Both the position numbers and the translations under genes were made by a program. The notes below the pieces were generated by a model. It was given only the letters and a program-made list of their open reading frames with translations. It was not told the origin of the DNA and ran no database searches. DNA of 64,000 nt from Eledone cirrhosa (taxonomy: Eukaryota): contig OZ024760.1 of assembly GCA_964016885.1 (NCBI GenBank), positions 992,001-1,056,000 of the forward strand, in the 5' to 3' direction. Below, in pieces: positions 40,690-53,440 of this stretch (position 1 is its first letter; every line of letters begins with the position of its first letter).

Positions 40690-41404
40690 AAATATGGTTT
40701 TATATGAAACTGTGATCCTTTAAGTTTCAGTAATGTGCCTCTCTGAGGTCTGCTCTCAAGGCAGCTGTCAAGTTGGTTTTACTGGTGACACTAGCCCTGG
40801 GTGGTGGTGTTGGTGGTGGTAGTAGTGGTGGTGGTGGTAGTAGTGGTGGTGGTGGGGTGTTGATGTCAGGAAATTTCCCCTGAATGATTGCTGGTTAGCA
40901 TGGTTTCCTGCTGGGAAGGGAGAACTTAGTGTCTCTAGAATGGCTTGAAGAAGAGGCAAGCAGGGAAGAAAATTTGGCCTCCCTGGTGTGTGGGTGGGAT
41001 AGGAGTAGAGATGAATGAAGGTGGATTACAACAGGTGGGGGTGATCTAGGGTGGAGCCAGGGTTGTGGGTTGGTAATTTTGGAAAGTAAAGTCTGCCCTT
41101 CCCCCCTCCATCTCCTCCTCACACTAAACCAGACCCTTATTAGAGGCAAGATTGTGGGTGTATGAGGAATTAAGTTGCAAGATTGAAAAAAAGTATAGGG
41201 TGAACAAGAAAAAGAAAGGAAGAGGATTTGAGTAGGAGTGGGGTCAGGGAGATAATGTTAGGGGGGAGAGGAGGTTTACGGGCAGTCGGGTGATGGTGGT
41301 GGGGTGGAGGAGAGGGTAGAAATGCCATACTGTCCTTTTAGTAAGAAAACAAAATAAACAATCTCTATATGATGCTGATTAACAATGGGGTGGATGGAGT
41401 TAAG

Positions 41405-43200
41405 GGGTGGTAGTGATGATGGTGTTGTTGTTATTGGTGGTGGTGGTGATGGTGGTGGTGTTGGTGGTGGTGGTGTTGTTGTTGGTGGTGGTGGTAGTGA
41501 TGATGGTGGTGGTATTGTTGTTGTTGGTGGTGGTATTATTGTTGTTGGTGGTGGTAGTGATGATGGTGGTGGTATTGTTGGTGGTGGTAGTGATGATGGT
41601 GGTGGTATTGTTGTTGGTGGTGGTAGTGATGATGGTGGTGTTGTTGGTGGTGGTAGTGATGATGGTGGTGGTATTGTTGTTGGTGGTAGTGATGATGGTG
41701 GTGGTATTGTTGTTGTTGGTGGTAGTGATGATGGTGGTGGTATTGTTGTTGTTGGTGGTGGTAGTGATGATGGTGGTGGTATTGTTGGTGGTGGTGGTAT
41801 TGTTGTTGTTGGTGGTGGTATTGTTGTTGGTGGTGCTGGTAGTGATGATGGTGGTGGTATTGTTGGTGGTGGTGGTAGTGATGATGGTGGTGGTGGTAGT
41901 GGTGGTGGTGTTGGTATTGTTGGTGGTGTTGTTGCTGCTGATGATGGTGTGTTCTTAGTGGTGTTACTGGTGGTGGTGTGGTGTGTTGGAGGTTGATGGT
42001 ATGGTGTGTTGGTTTTGGTATGTTGTTGGTGTGTTGGTGGTGATGGTAGTATGTTGTTGGTTGTGTGGTGATGGTGGTGGTGTTGGTATGTTGTTGGTGC
42101 TAGTGATGGTGTGATGGTATGTTGTTGATGCTAGTGGTGGTGATGGTGTGGTGTGTTGGTGTTGTTGATAGAGTGGTAGAATTGGAGGTGTGATGGTGTG
42201 TTGTCGGTGGTGGTGATGTGTTGTTGTTGTTGTTGATGGTGTGGTGACGGTGATGTGTTGGTGTTGTTGTTGATGGTGTGGTGGTGGTGATGTGTTGGTG
42301 TTGTTGTTGATGGTGTGGTGGCGGTGATGTGTTGGTGTTGGTGTTGTTGTTGATGGTGTGGTGGTGATGCTGGTGGTGTGTTTTACTGCTGTTGGTTGTG
42401 TGTTGATAGTGGTGGTGGTGATGGTGATGGCATTGTTAGTGGTGGTGCGTTGGTGTGTGTGTTGATGGTGTGATGCTGGTGGTTATATTTTGGTGGTGGT
42501 GGTATGGTTTGATCTAGAGTTTCTCACAGCTTCAACCACCTCAGTACCCTTAAAACCCAAGAAGGGGAAAGAAAGGGAAGTGAGATAAGACAGAAGCTGG
42601 GTGGGGTCTGCCTCCTTTACTTGTCTTTAATAAGCTAAATTATTGAGTACTTACCATTATCTTGGGAAAAAGACATCACCACCACCATCACCACCACCAA
42701 CAACATCACCACCACCACTGCCATCATCATCAACATTATCACCCTTACTATCATCACCTCCACCACCACCTTTATCACTCTCACCATCATCATAATCATC
42801 AACATTATCACTGTTACCATCATCAACATTATCACCCTTCTCATCATCATCACTTCCACCACCACCACCACCATTACCACCACTATCACCACCACCACCA
42901 CCACCACCACCACAATGAACATCATCACCATCATCATCACCATCACCACCTCCATTAACATAGTGAACATCACTTTTCACTACCACCATCACCACGACTA
43001 TCACCACCACCACAACCATCATTACCAACACCATCATCATCATCGCTGTTACCACCACCACCACCACCATCACCACCACCATCACCACCACCACAACCGT
43101 CATCACCAACACCATCATCATCATCGCTGTTACCACCACCACCACCACCACCATCATCACCACCACCAGCATCACCATCACCATCACCACCACCAGCACC

Positions 43201-43231
<31 letters not shown>

Positions 43232-44170
43232 CCACCACCACCACCAGCACCATCACCACCACCACCACCACCACCACCACCACCACCATCACCACCATCA
43301 CCATTACCAGTACCACTTTCTCCATTACAGCAACAAAAACTTTTGGAGATGTGGGTTAAGAACTTGGCATTTCTTAGTCTGTTAAGGATGTTGTTGTGGT
43401 GGTGGTGTTGTGTAGTGTGTGTGGTGTGGTGTGGTGGTGGTGTTGTGTAGTGTGTGTGGTGTGGTGTGGTGTGGTGGTGGTGGTGGTGGTGTCGTGTCAT
43501 GTCGTGTGGTGTAGTGTGTGTGGTGTGGTGGTGTTGTGTAGTGTGGTGGTGGTGTTGTTTGGTGTGGTGTAGTGTGGTTTGGTGTAGTGTGGTGGTGGTG
43601 TTGTGTAGTGTGGTGTGGTGTGGTGTAGAGTAGTGTAGTGTGGTGTGGTGTAGTGTGGTGATGGTGTTGTGATGGTGAAGTTGGTGTTGTATTGGTTAGC
43701 AGTGGTATTGTCATTGTCATATAGTGATTATGATGGTGGTGTTGTGACTCTGTTGTGGTAGTGGTATAATTATGTTGTTGTGTTGGTGATGGTGTTGTTG
43801 TGGTATTACTGGTGGTGGTGGTGGTGGTGGTCTGGTTGTGTTGTATTGTTGGTGATGGTGTTGTTGTTGTGGTTGTGTTGTGGTATTACTGGTGGTGGTG
43901 GTGGTCTGGTTGTGTTGTATTGTTGGTGATGGTGTTGTTGTTGTGGTTGTGTTGTGGTATTACTGGTGGTGGTGGTGGTCTGGTTGTGTTGTATTGTTGG
44001 TGATGGTGTTGTTGTGGTTGTTGTGGTATTACTGGTGGTGGTGGTCTAGTTGTGTTGTATTGTTGGTGATGGTGTTGTGGTTGTGTTGTTGTATTGGTGC
44101 TAGTGGTGGTGTGACTTATTGTTGTATTGGTGGTGGTATTGGGGTCCTGCCATGGTATTGGTGGTTGTGG
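41405..44170. repeat. (GGT/GTT)n, (CAC/CAT)n and (GTGTG)n tracts with higher-order units
   Basis: Direct inspection; source of the poly-G/V/H ORFs. Confidence 0.93.
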
Positions 44171-44916
44171 TGCTGGTGTAGGGCTTAGTGTCTATCTTCA
44201 AATTGAATTAAGGAAAGAAAAGGCGAGGGTGGTTCCCTTGTTATAAGACTGGTTGGGTGGGAGTTGTCGGGCAGAGTATGTGTGTGTAGTGGGGTTATAT
44301 GAGGGTTGGCAGTGGTGGTGGTGGAATGAGGTGGGGGGGGAGCTCAGCAGGAAGATACCTGGTGTGTTGGTACATATCATGTTTAGGGCACTCTTAAAGG
44401 GACAGACAGATAACACTCACACACACACATACATACACAGACACATACAAGTATACAAACATACAAGTACACACACGTACACAAACACATTCACACGCAT
44501 ACAAGTACACAAACATACATGTACACATACACACAGGCATACAAACATACAAGTACACATACACAAGTACACACACACACACCCACGTACACAAACATAC
44601 ATGTACACATACACACAGGCATACAAACATACAAGTATACATACACAGACACACATACAAACAAGTACAGACACACACACAAAGAAACAAGTACACAAAC
44701 ACACACACACATACACACACACATACACACATGCGTAGACACGTATGTACATCTATAGACATATATATACACAGTCATATGACATACTGAATATAATATA
44801 TGCATGTGCATTCACGCTCACACATGAATGCATATATACACACATTCAAACTCATGCATACACACACATACTACTTACAAATACACAAATAGATACAAAT
44901 ATGCATATATATATAT

Positions 44917-45190
44917 AAACAAACATAAATTATCGAGATTCGCATTTCGGCCCACGAAATAATGAAAAACAACCTCCGAGATGTGTGGCAAGTGCTCAAT
45001 GATTCAGATGAACCAGAGCTATAACAAACGTTAAAGGCCAAACACACTAAGACGATGGTTAAACAATCATTCGTATAGCCAAAAATTTACCCGGACCCCT
45101 GGAAGGTTGGTAAAATCCAGTATATGGGTTTCTGCGGCTCCTAAATTAAGTACCGTCCGCTTACATAAATAATGTCAGGCTTCTGGTAAA
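44917..45190 (+). other. Truncated diverged member (B) of the structured non-coding family
   Basis: Aligns by eye to 57028-57130 and 57260-57345; (TA)n on both sides. Confidence 0.75.
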
Positions 45191-45440
45191 TAATATATAT
45201 ATATATATATATAAATATTTCGTTTCTGAATTTGTTTAGCAAGATTCTTTATCTGAAATCGTGTGTTGAAACCGATATTGTTATACTTTGGGAGGGTCAT
45301 GTTGCCAATAAGAAACACACACACCAGTTGCTTTCACTTCAATTTATTATAATAAATTTATAAATTTAGGAATTTATAAATTTATAAATTTCTGGTTGGT
45401 TGGTTGGTTGGTTCCACAACCAGGTAGTTGTTTATATATT

Positions 45441-45482
45441 GTCAAAGTTCTTTCGTCACACATTCTGTGACCTCATCAGTGA
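45441..45482 (-). ncRNA. Type I hammerhead ribozyme in PLE pLTR
   Basis: TCA-CTGATGA-G-GTCACA gaatg TGTGAC-GAAA-GAAC-TT-TGAC, ~200 nt downstream of the ORF stop. Confidence 0.85.
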
Positions 45483-45683
45483 GTGGGATTCTTTTCTTTG
45501 TTTTTGTGCCTCTCTTTTGTTCTGTCCTACGCCATTTTGTTTCTGTGTGTGTGTTGTGTGCTCTCTCTGCGCATGCGCCACATCCGGGTGTCTGTGTGTG
45601 TTTATATTTGTTTATTTATTTGTTTATTTACATGTTACCGGTTGGTTGTTTGTTCTATGTGTGTGTGTGTTTTCATTTTGTCC

Positions 45684-46973
45684 TTAATTGTAAGTTGTGA
45701 TGTTGCTGTTCCACTCATATTTTCTATTTAATTTTGGTTGTAATTCTTTTATGTTTATTGCCTCTGTAATTTGTCTAAACATTGCGTCTTTTCTGTGTGT
45801 AGATTCTATTTTTATTTCTATGTTCTCTAATTTACCCTTGTGTTCTATTTTAGCATGTTGGTAGAGTACAGATGATTCTTTACTATCTTGAAGGTCTCGC
45901 CAGTGTTCATTTATCCGTTCCCCTACACTACGGGCTGTCTCACCTATGTACACTATATTTTTGTCTCTACATTGTCCTTCAGTACATCTTATGCTATACA
46001 CTACATTTCTAGTTTTACAGTTAATATGGGGGCTTATTTTACAGGTTATACATTTCTTATCTATACAGGGGGGTCTTTGAAAAGGGTATGTCTTGCTAAT
46101 AAGTGTTTTTACGGAGGTACCTGGTCTTTCTACTATCTTAATATTGAGTTTATGTTTATCTAGGGCCCTTCTAAATTTGTAAGCTAATTCACTTCTAGGG
46201 GTTGTATCGATGAACATTACACTCTGGTATTTATTGCTATCATACCATGAGTTTATTCTATTAGCCTTATTCCTAGTTCTTTCTATTCTATTCCAAAATT
46301 TGCTCCTATACAAGGTTCAGGTCCCATTTGTGTCATTATTTACCATTTTTTCCCATTTGGTTCTGACTCCTCTATACACTCCGATTTTATCTCTCTGATT
46401 GTAACCAGAGAACTGCATACGGTGGATGAAGTGTTGTATGTGTCTCTCTAGTTCTTCGGGGTTGCACATGCGGGACACGTTTCTCATCACCCGTACCAAA
46501 TCCGCAATCAGTATGTTGATTTTGGTATGGTCCAAAACAGCCGAGTTTCGGTGGATCAGATGTTTGGAAGTCATGGGTTTGGCATAATGGGAATGGAGGA
46601 TTTGTTTTTTATTATTAATGGTATCTAACCAGAGCTCTGTGTCTAGTACAGGTAATCGATGGTTGGGGTGTTTACTTGGGTAGTCTATAGTAACTCTAAT
46701 ACTCTGGTGGATGGAGTTAGCTATTTGCAGGATGCTTTCCATTGTGTTTTTCTCTAGTTCCTGACTGTTCTCTAGTGGGGGTGTCTTAACTACGATGTTT
46801 ATATCATCAACGTAGCGGGAGTACATTATCAGGGTTAAGGGGTCTTCTAATTGTTCTTTAAGTTTAAGTTTAAGTCTACTGTCCCACCATACCATGAATA
46901 AGTTAGCTATGTCGCCTGCAATGCTAACACCAATGGCTGCTCCTTCCTCTTGGGCATATGTTTTTCCATTAAA
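45684..46973 (-). pseudogene. PLE reverse transcriptase (motifs B/C, thumb) fused to Cys-rich linker and GIY-YIG endonuclease; one in-frame TGA at 46317-46319
   Basis: FNGKTYAQEEGAAIGVSIAGDIANLFM, YSRYVDDI, LPVLD, C-x4-C-x2-C..C..NVVY..C..C..YIGETAR..R..EH; the two ORF-track pieces are in the same frame. Confidence 0.93.
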
Positions 46974-47071
46974 TTAAATTTAACATATGCCCAAGAGAAA
47001 GGCTCATTGTACTCTATATATTAACCTTCATTACTTTCATTCTAATGAAATATACTCTATTTTAATTAATT

Positions 47072-47487
47072 AATTGTTTCTACTTTTTGGCACAAGGCCA
47101 GCAATTATCCCAGTGCATTACTGGTACTTTATTTTATCGACCCCGTAAGGATGAAAGGCAAAGTTAACCTCGGCGGGATTTGAACTCAGACCATAAAGGG
47201 CCGTAAATCTTTGCTGCAAAGCATGGCGTCATTGACCCTCAACTGATACTGCCAATCCACCGGCCTAAAATGGTTTCTTATATAGGCACAAGGCCAGCAA
47301 TTTTGGGGGAGGGGAAAGTCGATTAAATCGACCCCAGTGTGTAACTGGTACTTTATTTTATCGACCTCGTAAGGATGAAAGACAAAGTTAACCTCGGCGG
47401 GATTTGAAGTCAGATCATAAAGGCCCGTAACTCTTTACTGCAAAGCATCGCGTCCAACCCTCTACCGATACTGCCAATCCACCCGCC
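47072..47487 (-). mobile_element. Head-to-tail dimer of SINE family A inside one TSD
   Basis: CTATTTTAATTAATTAAT at 47057 and 47488. Confidence 0.88.
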
Positions 47488-48306
47488 CTATTTTAATTAA
47501 TTAATGAAGGATTTTGATGGATTTCGAAAATTATTGATTATTTCATTACTGGGATAGTAAATACTGGGAGATAGGACTTCACTTGTCTAGCGTCTAGCAA
47601 CACCACCAATGACAACAACATCATCAACTCCAAAGCCACCAACAGCCCCACCAACAAACAAATACCATGAACAGCAACAACACCACCACCACCAACAACA
47701 ACACCATTAACATGATCATCACCACCACAACCACCACCATCAACACCACCACCATCAAGACCACCACCACCATCACCATCAACACCACCATCACCATCAA
47801 TATCAACAACCCCACCAACATCATCATCACAACACCACAACCAACCTCACCACTACCACCACCACCACCACCACTAATGACATCAACAATCCCGCCACCA
47901 CTACCCTCCCTGGGCCCTGACATCTCTGATGGCAATGTAAAGGAACCTCCATAATTAAACTTCTTAACCTCATTTCTGTCACACACCCCCTCCTCACCCT
48001 TCCCTCTAATAAGGTTGAGGAGAAGGAGGAGGGGTAGAGAAGTTGAGGGGAGAGGACTCACTCTAAGCACATGCCTTGTTGATGATGATGATATTGATGA
48101 GGGTGGTGGTGGGGATGGTGATATGGTGCGGATGGTGTGATGGTGAGGATGAGGGTGGGGATGGTGTGTTGACCATGGGGATGATGATGTTGATGAGGAT
48201 GGTGGGGGTATGATGTGTTGATGGTGATGATGATGATGATAACTGTAGTGGACAATGCAGAGCATTGTATCATTCTGATGCTGATGTAGCTATGGTCCAG
48301 GATGTG

Positions 48307-48342
<36 letters not shown>

Positions 48343-48514
48343 CGTGTGTTTATATATGTGTGCGTGTGTGTTTATATGTGTGCATATGTGTGTTTATATG
48401 TGTGCATGTGTGTGTGTTTATATATGTGTGTGTGGTGATCCTATGTGTGTGTATAATTAGATTTAAGTAAGAATGTGTGACACAATTATCATATGGTAAT
48501 CTTATGTGTGCGTA

Positions 48515-48562
<48 letters not shown>

Positions 48563-48563
<1 letters not shown>

Positions 48564-49377
48564 TAGCAGTAAAGCCCGGCGTTGCTCGGGGTCGCTCAGT
48601 AGCTGTGTTAAAGTTACAATGTTAAGTTTCTTTTTTGGCTTAAAAACTGTAGTGTCTACTGTGCAGACTTGCATGTGGTGTTTTTGATTAATATTCCCTC
48701 AACCAACAATATGCCTTATGAAGTTAAGAAAACATAACGATAACCCGAATGTTATAACAAAAGAGGATGCTGGGGATAAAAACTGCACTGGTTATTTATT
48801 AACAAAGATCGAAAATGTAAACACTGCAACGCAGAGAAAAACATTAGCGTAACCAAATTATCAGTTATGTCTGTCTGCACGCCTATATCACCTCTCTGCA
48901 CGACTGTCTGTCTGCACGCCTGAAATATTTGCTTGTTTTACGTAGTCTTTAAATAGACTTGTTTTCAAGTAAAAATATTGTTTTAAAATGCTTTTAAATG
49001 GAAATGAAGCAAAACGGAAGCTTAGTGTTCGAACTGATGAATTTTGCAGGTCAATATTTTGCTGGCTCGACAACTGTTCGTGTATTGTGTTAATGTCATT
49101 TTAAACGCTGAGAAAGCCAGCGTAATTTTTTACGTAAGACGCTCAATGTAAACAGAACAAAGGGAAATAACTGATAACTTACGCTCAAAAATCGATACAT
49201 TATATTCGATTTCGTCACATAGGGTGGGTCAATTTGAAATATTTTTTTTCCGATGTCTTCGCTAGGGCTCAATGTACAAGTATAGCAATTTCGGTGCAAT
49301 TCCGTCAGAGATTCCAAGAGGAGATGTGTGCCAAAAATCGATAGACAGACAGACAACCACAGTTTTATATATATAGA
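48563..49377 (-). mobile_element. Non-autonomous Helitron
   Basis: 5' TC(TA)nAAAA with (CTGT)n, 3' hairpin CCCG-AGCAACGC-CGGG and terminal CTAG. Confidence 0.9.
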
Positions 49378-49416
49378 TATACACATTATGAAGAGAGAAG
49401 AAACATTTAGATATAA

Positions 49417-50278
49417 TCTCTATATATAAAACTGTGGTTGTCTGTCTGTCTATCGATTTTTGGCACACATCTCCTCTTAGAATCTCTCACGGAATTGCAC
49501 CGAAATTGCTATACTTGTACATTGAGCCCTAGCGAAGACATCGGAAAAAAAAATATTTCAAATTGACCCACCCTATGTGACGAAATCGAATATAATGTAT
49601 CGATTTTTGAGCGTAAGTTATCAGTTATTTCCCTTTGTTCTGTTTACATTGAGCGTCTTACGTAAAAAATTACGCTGGCTTTAACAGTTGTCGAGCCAGC
49701 AAAATATTGACCTGCAAAATTCATCAGTTCGAACACTAAGCTTCCGTTTTGCTTCATTTCCATTTAAAAGCATTTTAAAACAATATTTTTACTTGAAAAC
49801 AAGTCTATTTAAAGACTACGTAAAACAAGCAAATATTTCGTCGTTAGGCGTGCAGACAGACAGTCGTGCAGAGAGGTGATATACGCGTGCAGACAGACAG
49901 TCGTACAGAGAGGTGATATAGGCGTGCAGACAGACAGTCGTGCAGAGAGGTGATATAGGCGTGCAGACAGACATAACTGATAATTTGGTTACGCTAATGT
50001 TTTTCTCTGCGTTGCAGTGTTTACATTTTCGATCTTTGTTAATAAATAACCAGTGCAGTTTCTATCCCCAGCATCCTCTTTTGTTATAACATTCGGGTTA
50101 TCGTTATGTTTTCTTAACTTCATAAGGCATATTGTTGGTTGAGGGAATATTAATCAAAAACACCACATGCAAGTCTGCACAGTAGACACTACAGTTTTTA
50201 AGCCAAAAAAGAAACTTAACATTGTAACTTTAACGCAGCTACTGAGCGACCCCGAGCAACGCCGGGCTTTACTGCTAG
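49417..50278 (+). mobile_element. Non-autonomous Helitron, inverted twin
   Basis: TC...CTAG inserted between A and T with no TSD; the empty site GATATAA|TTAGTAAT is present at ~50685-50700 (-); internal 37-bp repeat x3.4. Confidence 0.93.
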
Positions 50279-51312
50279 TTAGTAATAAAATGTATCATAC
50301 CTAAACTGCTCCTAGATTCCTCGACTACGTAGTTTCGTGGCATGAACAAAAACAATACATCATAAAGATATAGAGCCTCCTTCACCACCTCTTCTACGGC
50401 TTCGATATAAATACCCCCTCCGCCTCCGTGGTATTTTCTTCGGGGTTATAAGAGGCTTAGCTCTGTTTCTCGACCGTTATATCGCGTGACTATTTCCCCC
50501 TCTGCCTTTTGGGATTCTTTCTCACGTCGTGTAGACGCGTTCTTGAGACTAGTAAAATGAGGTATCCTCTTGATAAATCGGCAGACCTCGCAAGGACTCT
50601 ATATCTTTATGATGTATTGTTTTTGTTTATGCCACGAAACTACGTAGTCGAGGAATTTAGGAGCAGTTTAGGTATGATACATTTTATTACTAATTATATC
50701 TAAATGTTTCTTCTCTCTTCATAATGTATTTTTAACTCTGATACTGGTTCAGTCTAGTTCAACTGAATTGGTCTGTCCCGGTCATTCATTGAGCAACATC
50801 GGTGAAGTTGGCACCCTTAACTCACAGTTGGGTGCGGATGCATTCATGTATATATGTGTGTGTCCGCATGTATCTGTGTGTTTCTAAATATATTGTTAAT
50901 AACTCCCTCTGGTCGAGCAATCTTTGAAGTGTGGGGACAACTGGAAAGCTTCCATTACTCATACTTCTAGCCTTCTTCACCACCTCTTCTGCGGCCTCGA
51001 TATGAATACCCCCTCCGCCTCCGTGGTATTTTCTTCGTGGTTATAAGAGGCTCATATGTGTGTGTATGTATATATATATATATGTGTGTGTATGTATGTA
51101 TATATATATATTACTAATTATATCTAAATGTTTCTTCTCTCTTCATAATGTATTTTTAACTCTGATACTGGTTCAGTCTAGTTCAACCGGATTGGTCTGT
51201 CCCAGTCTTTCATTGAGCAACATCGGTGAAGTTGGCACCCTTAACTCACGGTTGGGTGCGGATGCATTCATGTATATGTGTGTGTCCGCATGTATCTGTG
51301 TGTTTCTAAATA
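50279..51312 (+). mobile_element. pLTR-like non-coding unit (period ~595 bp) with inverted 5' segment and degenerate hammerhead at 50565-50654
   Basis: 50381-50456 repeats at 50976-51051; 50684-50892 repeats at 51110-51312; TCCTC-TTGATAA-..-GAAAC-TACGTA-GTC-GAGGA. Confidence 0.75.
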
Positions 51313-51334
51313 TATATATATATATATGTATATA

Positions 51335-52146
51335 CAGGGTGCGGACGATATCTGTTTGCAAGATTACTGTCTAGGAAAAAATAACACAGTAGTTTTATTT
51401 TTTAAGATATATTTATCAAACTTGGGTCAGTTTGTCTTCATGACTTGTTCTTTCGATCTCACTCGATAAACCCGCCATTGGCTTTGATGACGGCCTCGGA
51501 ACCGGCTACAGGCCTTTGTCACTGTTCCCCGACTTAGGCCCCTAAAGGCACATGTGATCCTGACCTTCAGATCGTCTTTCGTATTGCAGCTAGATCTGTT
51601 GGTGTCTCATTCCACTGCGCCCCACACAAAGAAGTCGAGGGGGTTGCAGTCAGGCGAGCTGGGAGGCCAGATGTCAGGTGAAGTGTAGTCGACGAAGTTC
51701 TCTGACAGCCAGGCTTGAGTCTTTCGGCTGGTATGGCAAGGCGCTGAGTCATGCTGCCACACGTACAGCCTACCTGCAGCTACCTGGTCGATCCAGGGCT
51801 TTACTACCTCGCTCAGAACGCGGATGTAGCCATCGGTGTTCAGCTTGAGGCCCTCAGGGAAGAAGTGAGGTGGCATGACGTCACCTTGGCTGCTGACGAC
51901 ACCTAAGACCAATGTTGTCGCTGGAAACTTTGTCTGCATGACTCTGGGCACGTCTTTGGATGAGACACCATTCTCCTGCTGACGCTGAGAAAGTCTGAAA
52001 TCTCCTTATTTGTCCTCAATTATTCTGAAAATAAATAATGGAAATATAGTCACTGTTTTTATGAAGACAAGAGTGACAACGGAAGTAAAAAAAATTTGCT
52101 TAAAATTAGCAGTTGAAAATTGCGAACAAATATCGTCCACACCCTA
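51335..52146 (-). mobile_element. Internally deleted Tc1/mariner transposon, DD37D (maT-like)
   Basis: TIRs CAGGGTGCGGACGATATCTGTTTGCAA / TTGCGAACAAATATCGTCCACACCCTA; TA flanks. Confidence 0.92.
51480..51960 (-). pseudogene. Transposase catalytic-domain fragment
   Basis: WQHDSAPCH..WPPSSPDCNPLDFFVW with 37 residues between the 2nd and 3rd catalytic Asp; stop at 51607. Confidence 0.9.
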
Positions 52147-52855
52147 TATATATATATATGTTTATGCACACACACACGTATATATATATATATATGTGTC
52201 AATGCACACACACACGTATATATATATATATATATCTATATATGTCTATGCACACACACGTGTGTGATGTGTAGGTGTATATATAGGTGTGTATGTGCAA
52301 TATACATATGCACAGATTTTTTTCTTAAGGGTATTTAGAAGTGATGGCTTAAAAGGAAAAACTGCCCCACTTGGTATATAAAGTGGTATGCTGAGTGAGT
52401 GGAGTAGATGTTCTTGCCTAAGGAGGGGATCTCTTGGTGCACTCTCAGAACTCGCCCGCCTTGAGGGCACCAAGTGCACTTGAGGTCATCCAGTATACAC
52501 TTTACTTTGCCTTGAAGTTATAATCTTGAAATTTTAACATTACATTGTTTACATTACTCTAGATTTACAATTATATTTCCATGGTAAAGGCTTTTTCTTG
52601 CATAATTATCTCATATAATATAGTATCTAGGAGGTTTTGATGTTATTTATTTCAAGAACAATACTTTAACATAAGTATAAGCAGCCAGTTATGGCTGGTT
52701 TGAACAGAAAGAGGTGAGAGAATTCTGGCCAGATATGGCTGGTTTAAAAGCTATAGGGTTAAAATGGAATTTATTATTTCACTAAGTTTATTATTAACCC
52801 TTTTGATACCAAACCACATGAGACTGCACCTGGTTCTGTTTGTTTTGAAGTAAAG

Positions 52856-53000
52856 GCAGCAGCTTGGCAGAATCGATGGAGCATTGGGCATCGGACAAAA
52901 CGCTTTGCGGTATTTAGTTATGGCTTCCTGCATTCTGAGTTCAAATCTTGCTGATGTCATCTTTGCCTCTCATCCTTCTGGGGTTGATAAAATAAAGTAA
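52856..53000 (+). mobile_element. Diverged SINE family A-related copy
   Basis: A/B boxes and core; related minus-strand copies at ~22270-22380, ~40335-40460 and ~54270-54410. Confidence 0.75.
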
Positions 53001-53069
53001 CACTATATCTCTACATCTTAAGGCATGTGGTCGCGAATCCAATTCTCTAACCACTCAGCTACACACTTT

Positions 53070-53102
<33 letters not shown>

Positions 53103-53122
53103 GTAGGACCATCTTTTGTTCT

Positions 53123-53164
<42 letters not shown>

Positions 53165-53220
53165 ATTTATAATATTAAAATATAAGTATTAATAAAATAG
53201 ATGTTCTTTTGATCAATTAC

Positions 53221-53273
53221 ATTTTATTATACATATTTCGGATGTACAACAGTACGTCCTCATCAGACAAAAT
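53221..53273 (-). ncRNA. Minimal type I hammerhead ribozyme
   Basis: ATTTTGT-CTGATGA-GGACGTAC tgtt GTACATCC-GAAA-TATGTA-TA-ATAAAAT. Confidence 0.82.
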
Positions 53274-53387
53274 ATAATGATACATGACATACCCTGAGAT
53301 GTTAAATGGTTAAGATTTAATCAAGGTAGTACTACCTTGATTAAATCTTAACCATTTAACATCTCAGGGTATGTCATGTATCATTAT

Positions 53388-53440
53388 ATTTTGTCTGATG
53401 AGGACGTACTGTTGTACATCCGAAATATGTATGATAAAAT
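53388..53440 (+). ncRNA. Hammerhead mirror copy with G at the cleavage position
   Basis: Same as the mirror copy but ..TATGTA-TG-ATAAAAT. Confidence 0.72.

Larger units (their letters stand above)
45216..46996 (-). mobile_element. 5'-truncated Penelope-like retroelement (C-terminal EN+ type)
   Basis: RT plus GIY-YIG ORF, pLTR with hammerhead, short 5' inversion (46948-46962 / 46982-46996), 3' end abuts (TA)n. Confidence 0.95.

Noticed and set aside
52376-52475. TATA box plus hairpin CTTGGTGC..GCACCAAG as a promoter or pre-miRNA
   Set aside because: The stem is only ~14 bp, and TATA motifs are uninformative in this background.
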